The notes under the pieces: model-generated | Told to the model about the DNA's origin: nothing | The model's input: only the letters and a program-made list of their open reading frames with translations | The model's database searches: none | Translations under genes and position numbers: made by a program | NCBI GenBank assembly: GCA_016177615.1 | Contig: JACOUX010000019.1 | Span: 1 to 59,965, forward strand | Length of the DNA: 59,965 bases | Direction: 5' to 3' | DNA from: Candidatus Woesearchaeota archaeon | Lineage (GTDB): Archaea; Nanobdellota; Nanobdellia; Woesearchaeales; GW2011-AR4 | Shown here: positions 46,235 through 53,519 of the stretch, in pieces | Position numbering within the stretch: position 1 is the first letter of the stretch | Layout: each line of letters begins with the position of its first letter

Positions 46235-47551
46235 ATGAATATGAAACCAGAGCCCGGAGATATTGTAAAAGTCCGCACAAAAGATGAAACCTATGAAGGA
46301 ATCCTGATGCCAAGGCCTGAGATATTTGAAAAGGGCTATGTCATTATAAAGCTTGACAACGGCTACAACATAGGAGTTGATGAAAAAAGAATAAGCAGGA
46401 TCGAGCTTGTCAGCAAATATCATATGCCTTCTGCTCCTGAAAAGAAAATCACTCCAAAGAAAAATCTTCCAAATGTTTCTATTTTGTCATTTGGCGGCAC
46501 AATCTCTTCAAAGGTTGATTACAAGACCGGCGGAGTTTATGCTGCTTATTCTGCAGACGACTTTGTGCAAATGGTTCCAGAGCTTGGAAATATAGCAAAC
46601 CTGAAGGCAGAGCAGGTCATGAAGCTGATGAGCGAAGACATGGTTCCTGAGCATTGGAAGGCAATGGCGGAAAGCATCGCTAACGAGCTTAACAAGGAAG
46701 AAGTTGCCGGCGTTGTGGTGACTCACGGAACAGACACTCTGCATTTTTCAACAGCCGCAATGTCATTTTTTCTTAAAAACCTGAATAAGCCGGTTGTTTT
46801 TACTGCCTCTCAAAGAAGCATTGACAGGGGCTCTTCAGATGCATTCTCTAATTTATTGTGCGCAGTTAACGCTGCTGCTAATTTTGACGGCGCTGCTGTT
46901 GTAACCTGCCTGCATGGGACAACTGATGATAATTATTGCACTCTTAACAGGGGGACAAAAGTCAGAAAGCTTCACAGCTCAAGAAGGGACGCTTTCAGGC
47001 CGATAAATGAGCTTCCATTAGCAAAGGTTTTTGAAGACGGAAAAATTGAAGTTTTAAATAATGATTACAGCAAAAGAAGCGCTGGGAAAGTTGAAGTGGA
47101 CAATAAGTTTGAAAGCAAGACAGCTCTTGTTTATGTTTATCCTGGAATGGAGAACGAAGTTCTAGATTACTATATTAAAAACAAATTCAAAGGGATTGTA
47201 ATAGCAGCAACCGGGCTTGGGCATGTAGCAGGATTAGGCATGCAGGAAACCTATCCAAAGCATTCGCTTTACAAGAAAATAAAGGAGCTGAATGAAGGCA
47301 AAATTGCGGTTGTAATAACAACTCAAACATTATACGGAAGAGTCCATCCTTATGTTTATACAAATTTAAGAAAGCTTTCCATGGAACTGAACTGCATCTT
47401 TGCAGAGGACATGCTTCCCGAGACAGCGTATGTAAAATTAGGCTGGGTGCTTGGACACGTGCCAAAAATAGAGGAAGTAAAAAAGATGATGCTCACAAAT
47501 TATGCAGGAGAAATCACGGAAAGAAGCGATGCGAGAGGATTTTTGTATTAG
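46235..47551 (+). CDS. gatD: Glu-tRNA(Gln) amidotransferase subunit D (asparaginase-like)
   Basis: N-terminal GatD-specific barrel (GDIVKVRTKDETYEGILMP) and asparaginase motifs ILSFGGTISS and THGTDTL. Confidence 0.9.
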   Translation: MNMKPEPGDIVKVRTKDETYEGILMPRPEIFEKGYVIIKLDNGYNIGVDEKRISRIELVSKYHMPSAPEKKITPKKNLPNVSILSFGGTISSKVDYKTGGVYAAYSADDFVQMVPELGNIANLKAEQVMKLMSEDMVPEHWKAMAESIANELNKEEVAGVVVTHGTDTLHFSTAAMSFFLKNLNKPVVFTASQRSIDRGSSDAFSNLLCAVNAAANFDGAAVVTCLHGTTDDNYCTLNRGTKVRKLHSSRRDAFRPINELPLAKVFEDGKIEVLNNDYSKRSAGKVEVDNKFESKTALVYVYPGMENEVLDYYIKNKFKGIVIAATGLGHVAGLGMQETYPKHSLYKKIKELNEGKIAVVITTQTLYGRVHPYVYTNLRKLSMELNCIFAEDMLPETAYVKLGWVLGHVPKIEEVKKMMLTNYAGEITERSDARGFLY

Positions 47552-47994
47552 ACTTCTTTCAGAATTATAGAAGTCTGCGTTTTGTCAACTCCAGCAACAT
47601 TTCTCAATTTTTCTGTGACAAGATTGTTGAGTTCCGTAATATCCCTAACCAAAGCCTTAACCAGAATATCCGAGCCGCCTGTTAAAATATAAACTTCATA
47701 AACCCCTTCAATCTTTTTCAGCTCATTCGCTATGTCTGTCTGATTGACTTTTTTGCCCGGCACGCTGTAGTTGATTGTAATCCCAATGTAAGCAGGCATA
47801 GGCCTTCCGAGAAGGTTATGGTTTAGGTTGATTGTGTAATTGATTATCACGCCTGTTTTGACCAGCTTTTTGATTCTGTTATGGACAGTTGTTATTGGGA
47901 TGTTCAGCTTCTTGCTTAGCTGGCTTGTAGTCTGCCTGCTGTTCCTGACTAATTCTTCTATGATTTTTCTGTCCTTGTTATCTACCATAACCAT
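47548..47994 (-). CDS. Lrp/AsnC family transcriptional regulator
   Basis: DNKDRKIIEELVRNSRQTTSQLSKKLNIPITTVHNRIKKL (HTH) plus a RAM/ACT-like C-terminal domain. Its stop overlaps the gatD stop by 4 nt (convergent genes). Confidence 0.9.
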   Translation of the reverse strand: MVMVDNKDRKIIEELVRNSRQTTSQLSKKLNIPITTVHNRIKKLVKTGVIINYTINLNHNLLGRPMPAYIGITINYSVPGKKVNQTDIANELKKIEGVYEVYILTGGSDILVKALVRDITELNNLVTEKLRNVAGVDKTQTSIILKEV

Positions 47995-48042
47995 GTTACA
48001 GACGGGATTCTATATAAATTTTTCTATTTAACCCATAAATAA

Positions 48043-48097
48043 TGGAATATTTTTCCATTTTTCTTTCCAAAAATGGACTTTTTGGAATATATTTCCA
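48043..48097. promoter_or_regulatory. Array of 15-bp TGGAA-N5-TTCCA palindromes upstream of the Lrp/AsnC gene (candidate operators)
   Basis: TGGAAtatttTTCCA (48043-48057), CCAAAAAtggacTTTTTGG (48067-48085) and TGGAAtatatTTCCA (48083-48097), with a further half-site at 48105. A TATA-like tatataaa lies at 48011-48018. Confidence 0.6.
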
Positions 48098-48292
48098 TAA
48101 AATTTGGAATAAATTAATATAACAGATATAGATACTACTTACTAGAGATAAAAATATTTTGGGGTAGAAAATAACAAATTTTCAAGGACAGGGTTTATAT
48201 TCCAATAATAATATTTTAATCAAATAAATATTAATATAAGAATAAGAACCTGATATGAAAAATAGATTGAACTAACAGGAGGAAAAGAAAAA

Positions 48293-48742
48293 ATGACACA
48301 GCCAATAAACAAAATAACTCTGGAAGCAAAAATTGCAACAGCTGTTTTGAAAGATTTCTCTTTAAAGGAAAGTGAAGATTGGCTTGGGAGAACACGCTTT
48401 TCTGAACTTGGGAAAAAGTTAGCTGACTTTTTAGATGTAATCTGCAAAATAAATGGCGGCCAAACTATGGGAACACATTACGAACCAATTATAATTAAAA
48501 ATTATGAATCTGAATCTATTACAAGATACTGGGCTTTTTCAGATTGCTCAGCTAAAATTGATATTGATTTATCTAATATTCCGGAAGAAAACAAATCAAG
48601 GTGCACCGCAGAAATTTGGTATGCAACTCAAGATCTTCCAAAGCTAGCCCTGGACATTGCTGGATTTTACCAAAATCGGGATTTGTTTCAGCCTGAAAGC
48701 CTAGTGAAAACACTGGATGCAGATTTTGTACAGGGGCAGTAA
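48293..48742 (+). CDS. Hypothetical protein
   Basis: 149-aa ORF preceded by a GGAGG ribosome-binding site (48279-48283). No family recognised. Confidence 0.5.
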   Translation: MTQPINKITLEAKIATAVLKDFSLKESEDWLGRTRFSELGKKLADFLDVICKINGGQTMGTHYEPIIIKNYESESITRYWAFSDCSAKIDIDLSNIPEENKSRCTAEIWYATQDLPKLALDIAGFYQNRDLFQPESLVKTLDADFVQGQ

Positions 48743-48782
48743 TCTTGAAGCAAAACTTAAAGAAAAGATATGAGAGAATAAA

Positions 48783-49028
48783 ATGTCAAATCAACTGCTT
48801 GAGCAATTGGTATCCTACAAGGCAATAACAGGAGAGCCGCTAAAAATAGGAATAATCAATAATGGCGGAACAATTATGTGCATTCCTTCTAAAGAAAATC
48901 CCGAATTATTGGAGCCTCTTCAGTCTGAGAACGAAATAGTAAATATAATACTTCAAAATGCCCGAGTAGGCTCTGCTGCAAAACAGGGGCTTTTGGAATT
49001 AAATGATTTAAAAGAGAATAAAAATTAA
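48783..49028 (+). CDS. Small hypothetical protein with asparaginase/GatD-like N-terminal motif
   Basis: KIGIINNGGTIMC resembles the asparaginase/GatD N-terminal I-x-x-x-GGTI motif. At 81 aa it may be a gene fragment. Confidence 0.35.
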   Translation: MSNQLLEQLVSYKAITGEPLKIGIINNGGTIMCIPSKENPELLEPLQSENEIVNIILQNARVGSAAKQGLLELNDLKENKN

Positions 49029-49031
49029 CCC

Positions 49032-49664
49032 TTACTCAATCCCCAAAACAGCCTTCTTGTGCTTTTCAAATACCTTGCTGTCAACATACCCATAAACTCC
49101 CTGTAGGTTATTCTTGAATTCTATGGAAGTGATTTTATCTTTTATCTTTTGAAATCTGCCTTTAAACTCGCATCTTTCTGAAACCTCACTTTTTATCCAG
49201 CCTGCGTCTTTTGCCTGCGGCATGAGCATAAACACATCCCTTATGTCGGCATTTCTGCAGCTCACGAATTTCATCGCCAAAAGGGCATCCATATTTATAA
49301 TTCTTAATTTTAATTCTTCCTGTATTGTTTTGCCTTTTAGCGCTCTGACAGCAGAATTCCGGAATACCCATTCTGCGCTGAATATGCCTTTTGTCAGCCT
49401 GTCTGAAACGTTGGCGATTAATATATCCACACTAACCTTAAAGTTTTTCATTATTGTCTTCTCGTACTTTAAAAATTCCTCGTGGTACTGCACTAAATCT
49501 GTATCAGTAGACCTAACATAGTTTATTTTTATAAGCTCCTTTCCTATTTTTGCAGCTTCCGCCTTGCCTTCAACAGCATATCCTCCAATAACAACAAAGA
49601 TGCAGTTTTTTATTTTCTTTAACGCTTCAAATATTTCATTTTCCCTAAGCTGAAGCAGATCCAT
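49032..49664 (-). CDS. Nucleotidyltransferase-fold protein, AbiEii/toxin-like (tentative)
   Basis: VVIGGYAVEG...RSTDTDLV...VDIL fits the GG...R-x-T-x-D-x-D pol-beta NTase pattern. Overlaps the upstream partner by 20 nt. Confidence 0.4.
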   Translation of the reverse strand: MDLLQLRENEIFEALKKIKNCIFVVIGGYAVEGKAEAAKIGKELIKINYVRSTDTDLVQYHEEFLKYEKTIMKNFKVSVDILIANVSDRLTKGIFSAEWVFRNSAVRALKGKTIQEELKLRIINMDALLAMKFVSCRNADIRDVFMLMPQAKDAGWIKSEVSERCEFKGRFQKIKDKITSIEFKNNLQGVYGYVDSKVFEKHKKAVLGIE

Positions 49665-50247
49665 ATTTGTTCCTCATATAGTTGTAAGCATAGGAGAACA
49701 TTTCGTTTTCTTTTGCCATAGCTATTGTTTCCTTTAATGGCTCGACTTTTAAGCCCCCTTTATCCACAGCAGCTACACTTTTTACAGGAATTAAAATTAT
49801 ATATTCCCCTATTGTTGAGCCTTTCTTTACGTAGTTTGGAATATTTCTTTTATTGAAAAACCCTTTCCAATACTCCAAATCTTTTTTTAATATCTTTATA
49901 AAATAAGGTGATTTCTCCATGCCTCTTTGAACATACGAGTAGTCAGACCATATCTCTACAGCAGACAAATTTGAAAATGCATAAGGCTTTTCAGCATCCT
50001 TAATTAATTCAGGAACCTTGAACTCAACTAATCCCTTAACAACCTTCTCCGGCTCAATGCATCTGTAGGAATTCCTTGACTCTTTTACAATCCAGCCCGC
50101 CTTTAATAATACGGAGAATATCTTCTTTCTCATGCTCTGGCCCACAATCCACTCTAAATCAGCCTGCTTAAATGATTCTCTTGAGCCGTGCTTTGAAAAG
50201 AATAAGGCATAGGCCCGCAAACAGTATTGCGGAATTTCATTTATCAT
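49645..50247 (-). CDS. wHTH-containing partner protein, AbiEi/antitoxin-like (tentative)
   Basis: KKIFSVLLKAGWIVKESRNSYRC resembles the AbiEi winged-helix recognition segment. It lies upstream of, and is translationally coupled to, the NTase gene. Confidence 0.4.
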   Translation of the reverse strand: MINEIPQYCLRAYALFFSKHGSRESFKQADLEWIVGQSMRKKIFSVLLKAGWIVKESRNSYRCIEPEKVVKGLVEFKVPELIKDAEKPYAFSNLSAVEIWSDYSYVQRGMEKSPYFIKILKKDLEYWKGFFNKRNIPNYVKKGSTIGEYIILIPVKSVAAVDKGGLKVEPLKETIAMAKENEMFSYAYNYMRNKYGSASA

Positions 50248-50248
50248 A

Positions 50249-50265
50249 GTTACCTAATAGGTAAC
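50249..50265. promoter_or_regulatory. 8-1-8 perfect palindrome directly upstream of the AbiEi-like gene
   Basis: GTTACCTA-a-TAGGTAAC. A related AGGTGACCAC lies at 50307-50316. Confidence 0.45.
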
Positions 50266-50360
50266 CACTTATTTATAAACTTTTCGATTTTTTTCTTTGC
50301 TTATTTAGGTGACCACAAAATTAGCAAAGTTTATAAGCGTGGGCACCTTATTAATCCCAT

Positions 50361-51284
50361 ATGTATGTTGAAAAAAGAAGAATTGGAAGCAATGTTAAGT
50401 ATTATCTCGTCCATTCTTACAGGGAAAAGGGCAAAGTAAGAAAGATAAGGAAATACATGGGGCAGAATCTTCCAAAACACGAACTAGAGGAGACAGGGAA
50501 TAATGCTAAAAAGCACATCCTAGGACTTTTAGAAGAATTGAAAACAGAAATCTTTCTTTTCACTTTGACAAAGAGCCAGATCAGCAAGTTAAACAAATAC
50601 GACAAAAAAATAAAAATTATCCATTTTGACCAAAGGCAGTGGCAAATATTTAAAGAAGAATTTGTTTACAATACAAATGCGATTGAAGGCTCAGCAATCA
50701 ATAGGGAAGAAGTGCCGGAAATTTTGCATAAGCAAAGAGTTTCAGAAGCAGAAGAGCTGGAAACAAGAGGGGTCGCAAAAGCCGTTGAGTACATCAGAAG
50801 CACAAAAGACGATTTATCTATTGATTTGATTAAAAAGCTGCATAAGATATGTTTTAAGGGCTCCAAGAATTTTGCTGGCCAGATAAGGAAAGTTGAAGTA
50901 GCAGTTATGAATTCAAGGGGGGAAATATTGCACCAAGGAGTGCCTTTTCTTCAATTGAATTCTGCTTTGAAAGATATGGTCTCTTGGCACAAAGAAAACA
51001 AAAGCAAGTTCAGGCCATTGGTTCTGGCAGCAATCATTCATAACCAATTCGAGTATATCCATCCATTTCAGGATGGAAATGGCAGAGTAGGAAGGCTGCT
51101 ACTGAATTTCATTCTCTTAAAAAATGAATATCCGCCCATAAGCATAGCTTTGGAAAACAGTATGGAATATTACAGAACACTTCAGGAATACCAAAAAAAC
51201 CAAAATCTTAAGCCAACCATTGAGTTTTTAGTTTGGCAATATAGGAAAACACTTAATAAGGTGACCACAAAGAAAAACAGATAA
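50361..51284 (+). CDS. fic: Fic-domain protein (AMPylase family) with N-terminal inhibitory motif
   Basis: Canonical Fic motif HPFQDGNGRVGRLL. TNAIEGS matches the (S/T)xxxE(G/N) auto-inhibitory helix upstream of the core. Confidence 0.9.
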   Translation: MYVEKRRIGSNVKYYLVHSYREKGKVRKIRKYMGQNLPKHELEETGNNAKKHILGLLEELKTEIFLFTLTKSQISKLNKYDKKIKIIHFDQRQWQIFKEEFVYNTNAIEGSAINREEVPEILHKQRVSEAEELETRGVAKAVEYIRSTKDDLSIDLIKKLHKICFKGSKNFAGQIRKVEVAVMNSRGEILHQGVPFLQLNSALKDMVSWHKENKSKFRPLVLAAIIHNQFEYIHPFQDGNGRVGRLLLNFILLKNEYPPISIALENSMEYYRTLQEYQKNQNLKPTIEFLVWQYRKTLNKVTTKKNR

Positions 51285-51317
51285 TAAAATGTGGACAAAT
51301 ATGATAATTTGTATAAA

Positions 51318-52745
51318 ATGGAAATAAGCTACGAATCTTTAGGCTTCAAATGCGGCTTAGAGCTTCACCAGCAGCTTGAAGGCAAGAAACTTTTCTGCAA
51401 TTGCCCCACTTTGAACTCTGACAAGGAGCCAGACATTAGAATAGAAAGAAAGCTAAGGGCTGTTGCAGGCGAAACAGGCGCAGTGGACATAGCGGCAGAA
51501 TTTGAAATGATGAAAAACAAAAAAATGCTCTATGAGGGGAATTCAGAAGACGTGTGCCTAGTAGAGCTGGATGAAACCCCGCCAGAGCCAATCAACCCAG
51601 AAGCTCTTGAAACTGCATTAATAATTGCTCTGCTTCTTAATGCAAAAATTGTCGATGAAATCCAGGTAATGAGAAAAACCGTTGTTGACGGCTCCAATGT
51701 CTCAGGCTTTCAGAGAACTGCTTTGATTGCAATGGACGGCCACGTAGGGTCTTCTTTAGGAAAAATTTCTATTCCAACAATATGCCTGGAAGAGGAAGCA
51801 GCTCAAAAGCTCGAGGAAGGCAAGGATTTTGTCAAATACAGGCTTGACAGGCTAGGAATCCCGTTGATTGAGATAGCGACAGGCACCGAAATAAAAAATC
51901 CAGAACATGCAAAAGAAGTTGCTTCCCATATGGGAATGGTGCTAAGAAGCGTTGAGGGTGTTAAAAGAGGTCTTGGCACAATAAGGCAGGATGTAAATAT
52001 TTCAATAAAAGAAGGCGCAAGGGCAGAGATTAAGGGCTTTCAGGACTTAAGAAGCATACCTAAAGTGATTGAATTTGAAATAAAAAGGCAGCTTGATGCA
52101 ATAAATCAAGGCAAAAAAATAAGCAAGGAAGTGAGAAAGGCAGAGCACGATTTCACAACATCTTTTCTGAGGCCATTGCCTGGTGCTGCAAGATTGTATC
52201 CCGAGACAGACGTATTGCCTGTAAGGATAGAAAAATCTCACCTTGAAAAATTAAGAAAGAATCTCCCAAAATTAATTATGCATAAAATAGAGGATTTCGA
52301 GAAAAAGCACAAGTTGCCGCATGACATAAGCAAAAAATTGATTGAAAATCAATTTTTTGAATCATTAGTTAAAAAGTTCAAAAAAATAGGGCCGTCAGCT
52401 ATTGCAAATGCCTTGGTCAATATTCCGAAGGAAATCAAGACGAGATTCAATCTGGATTCCTCAAAACTAGAAGAGCATGATTTTGAAGAAGTGTTGAGCT
52501 ACCTAAATGAAGGAAAAATATCAAAAGAAGCTGTAATTGGCCTGCTGATAAAGAAAATAAAAGAAGAAAATATTGACTTAAGGCATTTTGAGTCTGTTTC
52601 TGAAGAAGAGCTGGAAAAAGAGATTAAGGCAATGCTGCAGGAAAAGCCAGGCCTGAGCCAGAGCGCCTACATGGGTTTGGTGATGGCAAAGCACAGGGGC
52701 AAGGTTGACGGGAAGAAAGTGATGGAATTGCTGAAGAAGATTTAA
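51318..52745 (+). CDS. gatE: Glu-tRNA(Gln) amidotransferase subunit E, short form
   Basis: GLELHQQL...LFCNCPT, VELDETPPEP, GSNVSGFQRT and RPLPGAARLYPETD (GatE-type rather than the GatB YRYFPEPD), with a YqeY-like tail. ATG 51318 is preferred over the GTG at 51291. Confidence 0.8.
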   Translation: MEISYESLGFKCGLELHQQLEGKKLFCNCPTLNSDKEPDIRIERKLRAVAGETGAVDIAAEFEMMKNKKMLYEGNSEDVCLVELDETPPEPINPEALETALIIALLLNAKIVDEIQVMRKTVVDGSNVSGFQRTALIAMDGHVGSSLGKISIPTICLEEEAAQKLEEGKDFVKYRLDRLGIPLIEIATGTEIKNPEHAKEVASHMGMVLRSVEGVKRGLGTIRQDVNISIKEGARAEIKGFQDLRSIPKVIEFEIKRQLDAINQGKKISKEVRKAEHDFTTSFLRPLPGAARLYPETDVLPVRIEKSHLEKLRKNLPKLIMHKIEDFEKKHKLPHDISKKLIENQFFESLVKKFKKIGPSAIANALVNIPKEIKTRFNLDSSKLEEHDFEEVLSYLNEGKISKEAVIGLLIKKIKEENIDLRHFESVSEEELEKEIKAMLQEKPGLSQSAYMGLVMAKHRGKVDGKKVMELLKKI

Positions 52746-52816
52746 TCAGAAAATTGAAATAAAAATTAAAAACCTTTAAAACATAGCCCTTATTTCTTTA
52801 ATTTGGTGAATCAATC

Positions 52817-53059
52817 ATGGCATACGGAAAATTTGACAAGTCATTGGACAAGGAAATATTTTCAGAGGTAATCCAGTTTGAGACTTCAAGGATAACTGTT
52901 GGAGTTTTCTCATATAATGACGGCGAGAAAAAGCTCCAGATTTCAAGGGAAAATATGTCGCAGGATGGCGAATGGTCTTTCGCTAAGCTCGGAAGGATGT
53001 TCAAGGATGAGGTTGAGAAGGTAATTCCTGTCATGAAGAAGTCACTGGAGAAGATGTGA
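52817..53059 (+). CDS. Small PC4/YdbC-like putative ssDNA-binding protein
   Basis: 80 aa. ...RITVGVFSYNDGEKKLQISRE...DGEWSFAKLGRM resembles the PC4/YdbC beta-sheet repeat pattern. Weak call. Confidence 0.4.
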   Translation: MAYGKFDKSLDKEIFSEVIQFETSRITVGVFSYNDGEKKLQISRENMSQDGEWSFAKLGRMFKDEVEKVIPVMKKSLEKM

Positions 53060-53083
53060 TTTTTTATTTTTTCTTTGAGTTTG

Positions 53084-53105
53084 AAAGTATAAACATTTTT
53101 AAAAG
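53084..53105 (+). promoter_or_regulatory. TATA-like box for the tRNA gene
   Basis: aaagtataaacatttttaaaag. The tttttaaaa tract is centred about 29 nt upstream of the tRNA 5' end. Confidence 0.4.
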
Positions 53106-53128
53106 CCCAAGATTTCTATTTCCATTAT

Positions 53129-53235
53129 GCGCCGGTAGCTCAGCTAGGATAGAGCGAAAGGTTCCTAACGATGAGCGTTTTACGCTAACTGATGGAATTA
53201 CCTTTAGGCCGGGAGTTCGAATCTTCCCCGGCGCG
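53129..53235 (+). tRNA. tRNA-Arg (anticodon CCU) with a 32-nt intron at the canonical 37/38 position
   Basis: Hand-folded cloverleaf. Acceptor GCGCCGG/CCGGCGC, D stem GCUC/GAGC with GG in the loop, anticodon stem AAAGG/CCUUU, loop UUCCUA|A, variable loop AGGCC, T arm GGGAG-UUCGAAU-CUUCC, discriminator G. No encoded CCA. A T7 run follows. Confidence 0.85.
53168..53199 (+). other. tRNA intron with bulge-helix-bulge geometry and box C/D-like K-turn elements
   Basis: The central 4-bp helix UUCC/GGAA is flanked by 3-nt bulges UAA and UUA that carry the splice sites. The intron contains ACGAUGA (C-like box) and CUGA (D box). Confidence 0.7.
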
Positions 53236-53242
53236 TTTTTTT
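53236..53242 (+). terminator. Oligo-T terminator after the tRNA
   Basis: A T7 run lies immediately 3' of the discriminator base. Confidence 0.7.
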
Positions 53243-53519
53243 AATAATAAATGATAAGTGCTTATGCACGCTGCCTCGTACTTATGAGGAGCCTATGGAG
53301 TAGTGCCTTAACTTTATGTGCTTGGCATGACGAGAGTTATCCGAAGCGAGAGAGCAGTTAATTGGCATTTTTTTTTAAATTCATTAAATTCTTTTTCAAA
53401 GCAGCAAGAAAATCTTTATATATACCTGCTAAATGCTACCTATTCAGATGGAGATTAGAAACACACAAAAAACAGGTGATATTATCATTTATGGGAAAGT
53501 ACCTGCATGAGGATGCTCG

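Noticed and set aside
46151-46423. A 90-aa minus-strand ORF overlapping the gatD start
   Set aside because: It overlaps the well-supported GatD N-terminus and promoter region and has no motifs, so it is probably spurious.
47548-47551. A 4-nt overlap of the convergent gatD and Lrp stop codons, considered as a regulatory feature
   Set aside because: This is consistent with general genome compaction seen throughout the window, which has many 1-20 nt overlaps. Nothing indicates a specific function.
53056-53244. A 62-aa ORF in the track (MIFYFFFEFESINIF...)
   Set aside because: It is fully explained by the tRNA-Arg gene and its AT-rich promoter. The sequence is low-complexity and has no ribosome-binding site.
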